Shown here in pieces: positions 38,293-50,832 of a DNA stretch of 58,811 bases (position 1 is its first letter; each line of letters begins with the position of its first letter). Source of the DNA: Octopus bimaculoides (Eukaryota); assembly GCF_001194135.2 (NCBI RefSeq), contig NC_069005.1, forward strand, positions 27,238,204 to 27,297,014, given 5' to 3'. Position numbers and translations under genes: made by a program. Under the pieces are notes generated by a model. That model ran no database searches, was not told the origin of the DNA, and worked only from the letters and a program-made list of their open reading frames with translations.

Positions 38293-41200
38293 CTGAAAAA
38301 CAAAGAGGAAACATTTACAATATGTACATAACAAAAGTTTCTGTGTGGTTAGACGCTTGCTTCCCAACCATATGTTTGCAGGTTCAGTCCCATTGAGTGG
38401 CACCTTGGGCAAGTGTCTTCTACTGTAAGCCCCAGGAAACTGAAAGGAGCCTGTCGTGTGCGGGTGACACATAAAAGACACCATTTCAAGCGTGGCCATT
38501 GCCAGTATCGCCTGACTGGCCTTCGTGCAGGTGACACGTAAAATCACCTACTACACTCTCTGAGTGGTTGGCGTTAGGAAGGGCATCCAGCTGTAGAAAC
38601 TCTGCCAAATTTAGATTGGAGCCTGGTGTTGCCATCCGGTTTCACCAGTCCTCAGTCAAATCGTCCAACCCATGCTAGCATGGAAAGCGGACGTTAAACG
38701 ACGATGATGATATATGTTTATGGAAGACCAGCAGTTGCCCATGCACACAAGTCTCCCCGCTGCAAGGAAAAAGCAAAGGCTGATACAGCTTGGCACCAGT
38801 GACATCACAATTCATTTCTACAGCTGAATAAACTGGAGCAACATGAAATAAAGTGCCTTGCTCAAAAACACAACACACAACCCGGTCTGGGAATCGAACT
38901 CACTACCTCATGATTGTGAGCCTGACTCTCTAACTATTGAGCCATAGTAGATATGTAACATCATTACTGGATATAACCATGAAATTTGATTTCTCAAAAG
39001 CTTATTAAAAGCAGGTGGTGGGTGGAATTTTCCAGCTTAATACCATATATTGTACATGCCTCAAAATTTAATCATGATTTTAGTGAAAGAAGTATTATAT
39101 ACAGGATTCTACAGTATACTGAGGGTGGTTTAGATTCATTAAAATAAAACTTACCAAATTTATGAATACTCTGGGGTGTCCAAGAGCACCACCACCATTG
39201 CTCCAGATAGATTTGGCATTCACAACAACCACTGGGTCATCAGCAATCAGGTCAATGGCAAAATGAGAGTTCACCTGACAAAGAAAACGACAACTTTCTT
39301 TACATAAAAAAAATTCAGAAGTTTAACATTTCATAAAAGAGCAAGAGTATAGCAGCAAAACGTGGACACTTACCAAACAAGCAAAGAAACGATTCAGATG
39401 GCTGCTACACAAAGATGCTACAAATGGCCGTGGCATATAATTAATGAGTGGAGGCACAATGACCCAGTGGTTAGGGCAGCGGACTTGCGGTCATAGGATC
39501 GTGGTTTCGATTCCCAGACAGGGCGTTGTGAGTGTTTATTGAGCGAAAACACCTAAAGCACCACGAGGCTCCGGTAGGGGATGGTGGCAAACCCCTTCTG
39601 TACTCTTTCACCACAACCTTCTCTCACTCTTTCTTCCTGTTTCTGTTGTGCCTGTAATTCAAAGGGTCAGCCTTGTCACACTGAATATCCCTGAGAACCA
39701 GAGGGTGCTGTTCTGGGGGAAGAAGGATGGATTGATTGGTTAATCAAGGGGTTGGGGTGGGGGTTAAAAGGACAAATCACAACTGCTGAGCTTTGGTCTG
39801 GACTGCCCAACAGCAGACATTCTAATAAAATAATCAGAAAAACATACTCACCAGCTTTTCTTTGCCAAGGAATCGTACTCGGCGATAGTCATCAGCGGAA
39901 TATTTCTACAGAGAGAAAAGAGAAAAATAAATTATGCATGTGTACATGTGTGAATTAACATTATCATTCAGATTACACAGTCAAAAATAATGCTGTATTT
40001 ATTCACTCTGTGCCAGTGGAACATGAAAAGCACCCCACACACCACTGTAAAGTGGTTGGCATTAGGAAGAGCAAACCAAATCAGACTGGAACTTGGTGCA
40101 GCTTTCCAGACTGCCAGCTCTGGTCAAACAGTCCAAGCCATGCCAGTATGGAAAATGGACACTAGAAGATGATGATTGTTTTAAATTAATCATGCATTAT
40201 CTCATAGCTCCAATTTGAGGAAGCAATTGTTTAATTTGAGAATGACATTGTTAGGTAAAAGCAAGGGGCTAGATCGAGCCAGATATGGCAAGTTTAAATG
40301 CTCAAGGGTTTAGCAGCCAACAAGGAGTACTAAACAATGTACAAGAGATATATACTTTATACAAAATCGTTTATATTTGTGAACAACAGCTTAAGATAAA
40401 AAATGAAATGGTATGGTCTTTGACAGGAATTGAACCGCTTTTATCTAGGTTACCTGATATTTACTTATAGAGTTTGTACATGATATAGTTACATATGTCT
40501 GAAAGTTAACCATTTTTTATATATATATCGTCATGATCGTCAACGTTTAAAATGTTTTCCATGCTGGCATGGGTTGGGAAATAAGGTGAGTGTATATATT
40601 GAGCATACAGCTGAAGATGTAAGTTATATATTGAACATACAAGGTGTGTTTATATGGCAACATGTGAAGACATGTGGCATAGCACTTTGGATACTGGGGC
40701 TAATGATTATTAGGTTGTGAGCTCGATTATCAGAATGAAGTCCCTTGCGTCCTTAAGCAAGGGACCCCTTGCGTCCTTAAGCAAGAGACTTCATTCCCTT
40801 CAGCTGAAAAAGAGTTCCAGTGATAGGTGGTGGGATTAACACTGCATTGGATTGCTATCTCATTCGGAGTAAAGGTATTTATATTTTTTGTCTTTCAGAT
40901 ATCTAACAAATAACTACATAAGGTGGAGAAGGTGAAATTGTGTTTTTACATGAGAGAGAAGACAGATAGATAGAGAGGAGAGTTCAAGCAGTGACATTTT
41001 TTCGAAGAAATTTGGGAGTTTGCAAATGGTAATTAGTTTCGGCGACGTCGGAAGAAGGAAAGACATTAGAACAAAGACACGCATGAATATATTTATGTAA
41101 GATGAAATGTTATTACGGGAAACTGATGTCTTTCTCGGAGACGACATTATCAAGACGAAAGTAAATATTTATATTACAACCAGATATCTAAACACGGTTG

Positions 41201-42130
41201 CAGACAGGACCGGATTTATGTAAGGGCCAATATGGGCCATGAACCAGTCCACCACCACACAGTTCCCAAGCTTAGGGGAAGGGCCTTTAACTTAAAGCAT
41301 AGAGTTTAAAATTTTTAAATATATTTAGTTTAAAAATTAAATACATATATTTAGTTTAAATTAAATACATAAGTTTTAATTTTATTCATTTGTTTAAACC
41401 ATTTTTAATCCAATAGAGTTCTTTTAAAATTATTGAAGTTTCAATAATTATCATTAATATTCCAATAACACTTTGATGCCTAGTTTTAGTTCCGTCCTTA
41501 AACTATTCATGTCTAAAAACAAAAAGCTGTTCTTGATAACTTGGTTTATTTATGTTCTGTTACTTTTTTATGTGCAATATTTTACATTGGTTTTATTTGT
41601 TGCTTATATGTTGATACTTTTCAGATGGGTCTGATCTTCTTTAGTCTTTGATCAAACTAAATTTAGTTTCGTTATCCAACTCTATTCATACCAAAGTGTA
41701 ATGAATATATCATGTCTTGTGATGCAGTGTCTGTTATTTTGGTTGTGGCAGCCAAATTCGTTAATTAGTTTTGACATGTACAACGAGACGATTGACTTTC
41801 GATATCTAAAAAGGTGGAAATTGCATACGCAAAATCGTAAGGGCCTTCAAAACCAATTGATCAGAGGGTGGCACTAGATCTAAACAAAACCCTGATTGCA
41901 GACTCAGATTCGCTACAAGACGACCTTAAAAGAAACATTTAAACGATGGAGAGGACATTGATGTCAAAATGAAATATGTGACCTACCTGTCCGGTATGAG
42001 TTACTTTCTCAACAGTGTCCGGGTTACATGTCCTTGCTAACATAGAACATGGAGCCTGAGGAGCGATGAAAGGTTTGTGTATTGCCTGAGACAACGCCAA
42101 GGTCGTCAGTGGACGACGAAATGCGGCCAT
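38167..42130 (-). CDS. NDUFS6: NADH dehydrogenase [ubiquinone] iron-sulfur protein 6, mitochondrial (147 aa, 4 exons)
   Basis: Exons 41987-42130, 39852-39905, 39155-39274 and 38167-38292 have GT-AG phase-0 junctions. Product: [16 protein letters not shown]|[18 protein letters not shown]|[40 protein letters not shown]|[18 protein letters not shown]... Matches the NDUFS6 hallmarks KVTHTGQ, DYRR.RF, VN..FAIDLIA and GGALGHP.V.INL, with an Arg-rich targeting peptide. Confidence 0.95.
39155..39274 (-). CDS. NDUFS6: NDUFS6 exon 3
   Basis: tcag|[40 protein letters not shown]|gtaagt. Confidence 0.94.
39449..39697 (+). mobile_element. SINE family A, 3' truncated, antisense in NDUFS6 intron 2
   Basis: Family A head and body sequence. 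Confidence 0.8.
39852..39905 (-). CDS. NDUFS6: NDUFS6 exon 2
   Basis: tgtag|[18 protein letters not shown]|gtgagt. Confidence 0.92.
41987..42130 (-). CDS. NDUFS6: NDUFS6 exon 1
   Basis: ATG at 42130; ends KVTHTGQ|gtaggt. Confidence 0.92.
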
Positions 42131-42223
42131 TTTTGTAAACTGGTTAGAATTACTAACGGGAGATAATAACTGAGTCTCAGGGAGATAATCCAGTTTGGCA
42201 CATGGTTCATATATGACTACCTT

Positions 42224-42296
<73 letters not shown>

Positions 42297-43867
42297 TGAG
42301 GCGCAANNNNNNNNNNNNNNNNNNNNNNNNNNNNNNNNNNNNNNNNNNNNNNNNNNNNNNNNNNNNNNNNNNNNNNNNNNNNNNNNNNNNNNNNNNNNNN
42401 NNNNNNNNNNNNNNNNNNNNNNNNNNNNNNNNNNNNNNNNNNNNNNNNNNNNNNNNNNNNNNNNNNNNNNNNNNNNNNNNNNNNNNNNNNNNNNNNNNNN
42501 NNNNNNNNNNNNNNNNNNNNNNNNNNNNNNNNNNNNNNNNNNNNNNNNNNNNNNNNNNNNNNNNNNNNNNNNNNNNNNNNNNNNNNNNNNNNNNNNNNNN
42601 NNNNNNNNNNNNNNNNNNNNNNNNNNNNAGCCGCCTACAACTCTCCAATCTCTTTAGAATTCAATCTGTCTTTCTTTAATTAAGACGGTAGCATTTGAGT
42701 TGTAGAAGACTTGACTGGCATTTCTAACAGATTAAACCATGATGCAGACTCTTACCTGCATTAAGTTTACTTTTTGGCTGTTTATTCTAGACTTTGCTTT
42801 CATGTTTGGAAATACTTCTCTAATTCTTTGACAGAATTGACAATATGAATTAAATCATTAACATACAAAATTTCCCATAAATGTCAAGTCTTAAATTCCT
42901 CGTTCATAATTTGTCGCTGGGCAGTTTAGCTTAATGCTAAAGCACTTGACCACATAATCACAGGGATGTGAGTTCGGGTCTCATGGCTGGCTGCTAACAG
43001 ATTTTTCTGCAAAATATGGATAGTTTATCCATATTCATCATCATCATCATCGTTTAACGTCCGCTTTCCATGGGTTGGATGATTTGACTGGAGACTGGTG
43101 AGCCAGATGGCTGCATCAGGCTCCAATCTGATCTGGCAGAGTTTCTACAGCTGGATGCCCTTCCTTATGCCAACCACACTGAGAGTGTAGTCGGCGCTTT
43201 TACATGCCACCAGCACATGGGCCAGTCAGATGGTACTGGCAACGGCCACGCTCAAATGGTGTTTTTACGTCGCCAGCACGCTATATTATTAGCATTATCC
43301 TGCATTTGCGAATAAGATTATTTCCTTATCTTTCAAAACATCTCAACTCTTCTAAAGCAAACTTTGTTGACTTTCAATGTAAGTTGAATTTAACATACAT
43401 ATATTTGTGTGTATGTCTTTGTTTGTCCCCACCACCACCACCATTTAACAACTGGTGTTAGTTTGTTTTTGTCCCTCATAATTTAGTAGTTCAACAAAAG
43501 AGACTGATAGATTAGAACTAGGCTATAAAAATAAGTGTTGGGCTCAATTTCTTTGACTAAACCCTTCAAGGTGGTGCTCAAGCATGGGCACTGTCCAAAG
43601 ATTGAAATAAGTAGAAGATAAAAGACAAAGAATTAACAAAAAACGATTTTTTATTTTTTTAATTTTATTCCATAAATAAATAAAATTTCAATAATTATTC
43701 TACAGTATAAAGAAGTCCTTTGATCTCTGATTTATGAACACAAAAACATAAGATCCATAGGGGTTATCCTCTATTTGGTTCCACATAGATTCCAGTCTCT
43801 TTGTATTGTGATATCAAACACAGGCAAACTAGTCAAATCTGTTGTTGCAAATGGGGCAGCTTTCTCC

Positions 43868-43961
43868 TCACATGGAGACATAACCCGAAGATTGTCGTGA
43901 CTGTTTCTTTAATGAATGTTCACGCTTGGCTTTGATTCTTAATCTTTGGGCCTTTGCTTCC
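43868..43961 (-). CDS. MRPL58: ICT1/MRPL58 exon 6 (terminal)
   Basis: tttag|EAKAQRLRIKAKREHSLKKQSRQSSGYVSM-TGA; AATAAA hexamers downstream near 43649 and 43663. Confidence 0.88.
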
Positions 43962-46900
43962 CTAAACAAAAAAAAAGAATTAAATTATTTCAGCATTATA
44001 GTAAAATAATAATATTTATAATGATTTGTGATAGAGGCAGTACAAGGATAGAAATTTGGGGAAAAGTTGCATTGTATATTCAGGAAAATTATTTCTTAGT
44101 GCATAATAAGTTGCAGCGCATATCCAGCAATAATAGTTCTGAGTGCATTAAGCACATAATGTTGGTTTCCAATTTTGGCACAATGCCAGCAATTTTGTGG
44201 GACAGTACAAATTGATTACATCAACCTGAGTGTTCAACTGGTAATTATACATACTTTATCAACCCCCCCCAAAAAAACGACAGAATTAAATGAAATAAAT
44301 CATTAGGATAAAAAAAGCTTTTACATGAACTCTCAAAGCATACCTTTCAGCTTTTATTCGAAGATCTTCTTCAGAAGGCTCAGCAGGTTGGAAGCTGGCT
44401 TTGAAGAACATATTCCGTAGCTTTTGCATGCAGTCAGCTTGGTTCAGAAGCTGTTTTCGTGTACGATCCGATGTCACAATAAGGAATCCTTCTTTGTTTA
44501 TTTTTGTGTGATTCTGTGAAGATAAAAGAGTTTGTTTTAGAATCAGATATGATACTCAAGAAGACCCATACTTCACAGCAGAAATGTTAACCCAGAACAT
44601 ACTGTAAAGCAGTTGGCCTTAGGAAGGGCATCCAGCTGCAGAAACCGTGCCAAACCAAACTGGAACCTGGTGCAGTTCTCTAGCTTGCCAGCTCTGGTCA
44701 AACTGTCCAACCCATGCCAGCATGGAAAATGGACATTAAATGATGGTGATGATGATGATGATGATAAAAGTGCTATAACACTGACAAAAACTTTTTTTCT
44801 TTTTTCCTTTAGGGACAAAGAGTCTCTGATAATGAGTAGGGGTAGTGGGGGAGCATCATAGCCCCATGTGTTGAGAGGGATTCTTTGGGGTTTGAATAAA
44901 TGTAACAAAAGCAAAGTTTGAAGGAAACATAAGCCATTTTTCATACTTTCTAGGGGTAAGCAAATAGGAAATAACAGTTGCTACCCTAGGACAAAAACTG
45001 TGTTAGTGTAATTACCATTAACAGGACTGAAGAAAATAAGAGAAAGTGGTCAAAAACCTAAAAACCAATCAGATGTATTGACTTAATTACGACCAAATGG
45101 TTCAGTCAGTTAGCTGCATTGCTTTTGTTGGTTCTTATGATTCTCTGTCATCATCTATTATTATGAATTTCAATTGGGAGCTTTAGTCCTAGTGAATCTT
45201 TCATCAGCTGATTACACAACCATGGTTGCCACCCCTATGGATGCATGGCAGTTACTCTCTTGATAGAGGTTGGTGATCCTGACCATTGATCTTCTAGGAT
45301 TCCTCCTCTCAGCATCAATGTAAGAAGCACCGTTGGCTCATTTGAGCTCTTCTGCTATCTCTTCACAATTCACCATGCTGCAGTATCCTGACTTTGCCGT
45401 ATCCCTGGCAGGGTAGTTGAGCAGGTGCTATGCCTCGCCATGGGCAGCCCATAATTATGCAGCCAGTCGTCATTCTGTGAGGTATTCTCGAAATACGTCA
45501 TCATCATCATCGTTTAACGTCCATTTTCCATGCTAGCATGGGTTGGATGGTTCAACCGGGATCTGGGAAGCCAGGAGGCTGCACCAGGCTCCAGTCTGAT
45601 CTGGCAGTGTTTCTATGGCTGGATGCCCTTCCTAACGCCAACCACTCCGTGAGTGTAGTTGGGTGCTATTTATGTGCCACCGGCATGGAAGCCAGTCAAG
45701 GCGGGGCTGGCATTGGCCACGTTTGGATGGTGCTTTTCACGTGCCACCGGCACAGGCATCACAGCTACAATTTCCATTTGATTTTTATTTTGATGTTGAT
45801 TATACCCACATACCAAATGGTTAAGTGGCTATTTTCACACTAACAGCCAGCTTTACATGAGCTTATAAAGAAAATAATCAGGTGCATGGAATTTGCAGTT
45901 CATAGACAACCACCAAACCATCGAATAGCTACTCTTGCATCAATAGCCAGCTTTATATGAGTCGAGAGAATAAGGGTAATCTCTCAAGTCCGAGAAAGAT
46001 GTTTGTGCAATTTCTTACTGAACAACCTGCCCAGATGATTTGTTTATCAGGATCAAATGTTTATGCTTACTCCCTCTTTCAAATCAACGTTGCCTGTACA
46101 AGTGCAGTGTGTCGCACATCAGATATTGAAGTGATCACAGAGCAACATGAGATGAAGTGTTTTTCTCAAGAACGCAATACACCGCCTGGGCAAAGAACTG
46201 AATCCACAATCTCGAAACACCCTAACCACTAGGCCATGTGCCCTCACTGAACTGATAGGGAACGAGATCCAAATAAGACAACAATTGATTCTGTAACTTA
46301 CCTCTTCTATCACTTTTGTCTTGATCCAGGAGGGTATCCATGTTGCGGACTGAATATGAAAACGTACTTCAACTTTTGTGTTAACTGTAAGCAAAAGGAA
46401 AACACCACCAGGGATTCAGATGCAACACTGGTTTCAAATTTTGGCACAAGGCCAGCAAGTTCAAAGGAAGGGGCAAGTTGATTAATCAACCCCAGAGCTC
46501 AACTGGCATTTGTGTTATTGATCACAAAACAACCGAGGTGGAATTTGAACTCAGAACATAAAGACATACGAAATGCTGCTAAGCATTTTGCCCAGCATGC
46601 TGAGTCTGCCAGCTAACTACCTGTGTCAGAAGTAATAATGAAAATTCAATTAGATAATTAGAACTAGTTTAGTACTTTCTGTCCCAAAGTTCTTCTTACT
46701 GTTGTTGTTATTTAGCTTCCAGATTGCCTGTAATCAAAAGTGTTCTAGCACCCATCATCTTGCCTTTTTTCAGGTATAGTGTACCTAGGACTACATTATC
46801 AAATGTGTCCTGTCTTTTATTCAGACATAGTGTATCTATATAGATCCCCTTTGGTCATGAACGGCCATGGGATTGCACTTAGAGATTTCCCCTCTGAGGC

Positions 46901-49900
46901 ACAAGTCTAGGCAAGGCTGTTTATGGAAGACTAGCAGTTGTGCATGCGTACCAGCCTCCTCTCCTCACATCACCGATGTTATCCAAGAGAAAGGCAAAGG
47001 GGCCGATACAGCTTGGCACCAGTGACGTCGCAACCAATGTGCTTCTTTTTAGACCATTAGTCAGCTCTTGTTGCATACAATCTAAGTAATATAAAGCTTT
47101 TCTTTCATAAGTCTGGTGGTTCAAAAATAAAACATTGGGAATGTGTACCATATATGACGCATGGGTGGCAGGAAAATATGTGCTGTGTGGCATATGCGAC
47201 AAGCTTCTTTCAGTTTCTTATTCCTTTATTGCCCACAAGGGGCTAAACAAGGACAGACAAAGGGATTAAGTCGATTAGATTGACCCCAATGCGTAACTGG
47301 TACTTATTTAATCAACTCCGAAAGGATGAAAGGCAAAGTCGACCTAAGTGGAATTGGAACTCAGAATGTAATGGCAGACGAAATACCACTAAGCATTTTG
47401 CCCGGTGTGCTAACGTTTCTGCCAGCTCACTGCCTTACTTCTTTCAGTTTCTGTCTATCAAATCCTCTCACATTTTGGTTGGCTTGGGGCTGAGATGGGA
47501 GACACTTGCCCAAGGTGTCACACAGTGAAACTGAACCTGGCAGCATGTGGTTGGGAAGCAAACTTCTTACTAGAGAGTCACGTCTGTGCCACTGAGCATC
47601 TTAAGACCTCTTGGAGCCACCATGGGGCAGTGTCAGGTGGAGGATGAACAAAACATGTGCTTCAACCAGAGATGCTACCCTTCCCTAAAACACTCCACAC
47701 ACCTCTCAAAAATATAAATACGTTCTCTTACCTTTATTAACATTTTGTCCACCTGGCCCACTTGATTTCATATAACTGATTTGAAGTTTATCTGAAGAAT
47801 GGAAACATCAAATATTAGAAAATTAGAGAATGGAGATATCTAGAATTAACAAGACAGAATATTAGAGAAAGTATCAGTAAGAGAGATGGGTTAACATCCT
47901 ACAAATATAACACAAGTGCAGGCATGGCTGTGTAAAAAGAAGTTTGTTTTCCAACCACATGGCCTTGGGGTTCAGTCCCACTGCAAGGCACCTTGGGCAA
48001 GTGTCTTCTACTATAGCCCCAGGCCAACTAAAGCCTTGTGAGTGGATTTGATAATGTTTTCTAGTGTGATGTGATAATGTGTAGTTGTTTAGCCCCGGGT
48101 CAGATCTTATCAACCAAGCCTATGATCAAAGTTGTTCTAGTTATGAATATATCTTGTTGTTTTCAACCATAGCATATCAAACAAGGACTTCATTATCTAT
48201 CAGGTCCTTCATTTTTTAAGACAGCTAGATATGAGGCTAAAATAGAAGACAGTGGGACTGAACCCGGAACCATGTGGTTAGAAAGTAAGCTTCTTACCAC
48301 ACAACTACGCCTAGAATAATCTGAATGCTAAAAGGTAAAGGTACTCAACCAGTGACCAGTTGGTCGCAGTTCAAATCTCGTAACTTCAGTTATTTCATTT
48401 TGTCAATGAAAAAGTCACGTAACTGTAACTTGTTTTAATTTTTTTGTTTGAAAGAAGTAAAAAATGGCTTTTCTTCTTACTTCATACTGCAAATATTTTC
48501 TCTCATTTTACACTCACACATAATTTTCAAATTTTGGCACAAGGCCGACAATTTCAAGGGAGGGGTTAAGTTGAATACATCAACCTCTAGAGTTCAACTA
48601 GTACTTACTTTATGGACTCTGAAAGAACGAAAGGCAATGTCAACCTCAGTGGGATTTGAGCTCAGAATGAATACTGGTGCAGATGCCACATAAAATCACT
48701 GGTGCTGGTGCCACATGCAAAGCACCCAGTACACTCTATGGAGAGGTTGGTGTTAGAAAGGGCATCCAGCTGTAGAAACCGTGCCAAAACTGAAAATGGA
48801 GCCTGGTGCAGCCCCTAGCCATACAAGCTCCAGTTAAACTGTCCAACCCATGCCAGTATGGAAAATGGACGTTAAATGATGATGATGGTGGTGATTGACA
48901 CTTCATTTAGCTACCAAGAATGAATTAATAACCCATGAGAAAACAAAACAAAAAAAAATACTCACCAATGGGAATATATCCTGTGAAGTTATCGGAATCT
49001 ATGGAGGATTTCTGGACAATGGAAAAATTGAAAATTGGTTAAATGGAACAAATGGGCACAAGATTTTTTTTGTCTTAAAAATAACAGAAAGAGTGAGGAA
49101 TGAAACAGTGAGAAACAAAAAGTTTGAAATGCAATAAATGTAAGTGCTGTGGTTTGTTTAACTCCAAGACAGCCTTAATCAAACTAATTGCTGATCAAAA
49201 GGAATTATAGACTTGGTCCTTTCATTCTTCAACCCTTTTCACACTGCCCCCTTTTTTTTTATTTTATGCTACCTCAAATTCCTCTTATGCCCAACTTTTC
49301 CCTCAAAACACTAATGGCTTGCAACAAAGTCCACTAAAAAACCAAGGACTAAATGTGGTCTTAAACAGGGCAATGGATTAATTCCACTAGCCAAGAACAG
49401 AAAGAGACTCTACACAGTTTCTTTCTACCAATGGAACCGAACTCGAAACTACACAGTTGAACAGAGAGCATCTTAGCTACACAACCATGCTAGTGAAGTA
49501 GAGGTGACTTTCAATGATGATTAGTTACGCAAGGGAGATAATTCCTATGAAGCTGCTTTGATAGCCTACTATGTCATCCATTGGTTGTTGGTCAGCCCAG
49601 ACCGTGCAAACATACGAGTGAAGGAGTTCTAGCCACGACCATCCCCTGGGAAATATTTATTTTTCACTACTTGTAGTGTACCTAGTGTATCCACACATTT
49701 TAAAATTAGTAAGGTGTGATCTGAGAGATTTAGCTGTCATTTACGAACTTGTGTTCTACACATGCGAATTCATACGATTACGCAAACACAAAAAAATCGT
49801 ATGAAAAATCGCGTGTGTAGAACACAAATTTACAAAAATTTCCTGAAAATTCCAAATAATAAAAAGGTTATGACGGGTTATATGGGATACTTAAACCAGA

Positions 49901-50832
49901 ATTCCGCATGTTATCGTTCTCTGCCCGCTGAATGAAGTGGACTTGCTGGATTAGTCAAGCGGAATTCGAACTTGAAACGCATAACAACGAGATTAAATAA
50001 TATGAAGAACCCTTTAGTTTGACCGAAATTTGCTTGATACCGATTCATTTTTAAAAATTTAACACGATCGAACTGACGGCCTGAAATAAAGACATACATA
50101 GAGTGGATAATATTGTCTCTGATAGGATAAAAAGACGCGATAGTCACAGCCGGAATGCTTTTGATCAAGGTGAAAAAAATCTGTAACGAGAGACAGAGTA
50201 ACGATTTGTGAAGTTTCACCTTCCAAAAAATTGTAAATAACTTTCTTCTTGCTTGTTTACACCTGCCTCGTGTATCCGTGAGTGTGTCTCCCATCCCGTG
50301 TACCTGTGTTATTTCTTTACTACCCACAAGGGGTTACACACAGAGGGGACAAACAAGGACAGACAAACGGACTAAGTCGATTATACCGACCCCAGTGCGT
50401 AACTGGTACTTATTTAATCGACCCCGAAAGGATGAAAGGCAAAGTCGACCTCGGCGAAATTTGAACTCAGAACGTAAATACAGGCGAAATACCGCTAAGC
50501 ATTTCGCCCGGCGTGCTAACGATTCTGCCAGCTCGTGTACATGTCTATTAGAAGCAAAACGAATCAATCTCGTAACAAAACAAAAGATCGCCAACAATAA
50601 AATTAATAACACTGGTTGAGTAAGATAAACCTGTCTTTTCAAATACCTCAGATGACGGCGGAGAATATGGATCTAGATTACTGTTGGGGTAATGGCTCTG
50701 GAGTGACTGCGCACTTTTGAAAGAGGCCACGGAGTTGCAAGAAGAAAATGTCCGGAGATTGCGGTTAAAAAATGGGTTAAGAATATGTGTGTGTATAAAG
50801 TTGGTGCAGATTCGGACACGAGATACAGCCAT
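43868..50832 (-). CDS. MRPL58: Peptidyl-tRNA hydrolase ICT1 / mitochondrial ribosomal protein mL62 (212 aa, 6 exons)
   Basis: Exons 50647-50832, 48966-49011, 47732-47791, 46302-46384, 44344-44513 and 43868-43961 join in phase (639 nt). Product includes [81 protein letters not shown] and a basic tail, matching the ICT1 GGQ release-factor domain. Confidence 0.95.
44344..44513 (-). CDS. MRPL58: ICT1/MRPL58 exon 5
   Basis: cacag|[57 protein letters not shown]|gtatgc. Confidence 0.92.
46302..46384 (-). CDS. MRPL58: ICT1/MRPL58 exon 4
   Basis: ttacag|[28 protein letters not shown]|gtaagt. Confidence 0.92.
47732..47791 (-). CDS. MRPL58: ICT1/MRPL58 exon 3 (GGQ motif)
   Basis: ttcag|[20 protein letters not shown]|gtaaga. 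Confidence 0.93.
48966..49011 (-). CDS. MRPL58: ICT1/MRPL58 exon 2
   Basis: tccag|KSSIDSDNFTGYIPI-G|gtgagt. Confidence 0.88.
49749..49827. repeat. Imperfect inverted repeat (hairpin) in ICT1 intron 1
   Basis: TTGTGTTCTACACATGCGA-ATTCATACGATT pairs with AATCGTATGAA-AAA-TCGCGTGTGTAGAACACAA. Confidence 0.7.
50647..50832 (-). CDS. MRPL58: ICT1/MRPL58 exon 1
   Basis: [37 protein letters not shown]|gtattt. Confidence 0.88.

Noticed and set aside
40741-40790. Short hairpin TCCCTTGC..GCAAGGGA with a local tandem duplication
   Set aside because: Small slippage duplication within a decayed SINE-like region; no independent support for function.
45170-45490. GC-richer intronic block that might be a decayed LINE reverse-transcriptase tail
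   Set aside because: All frames contain stops and I see only weak motif hints; not supportable without a search.
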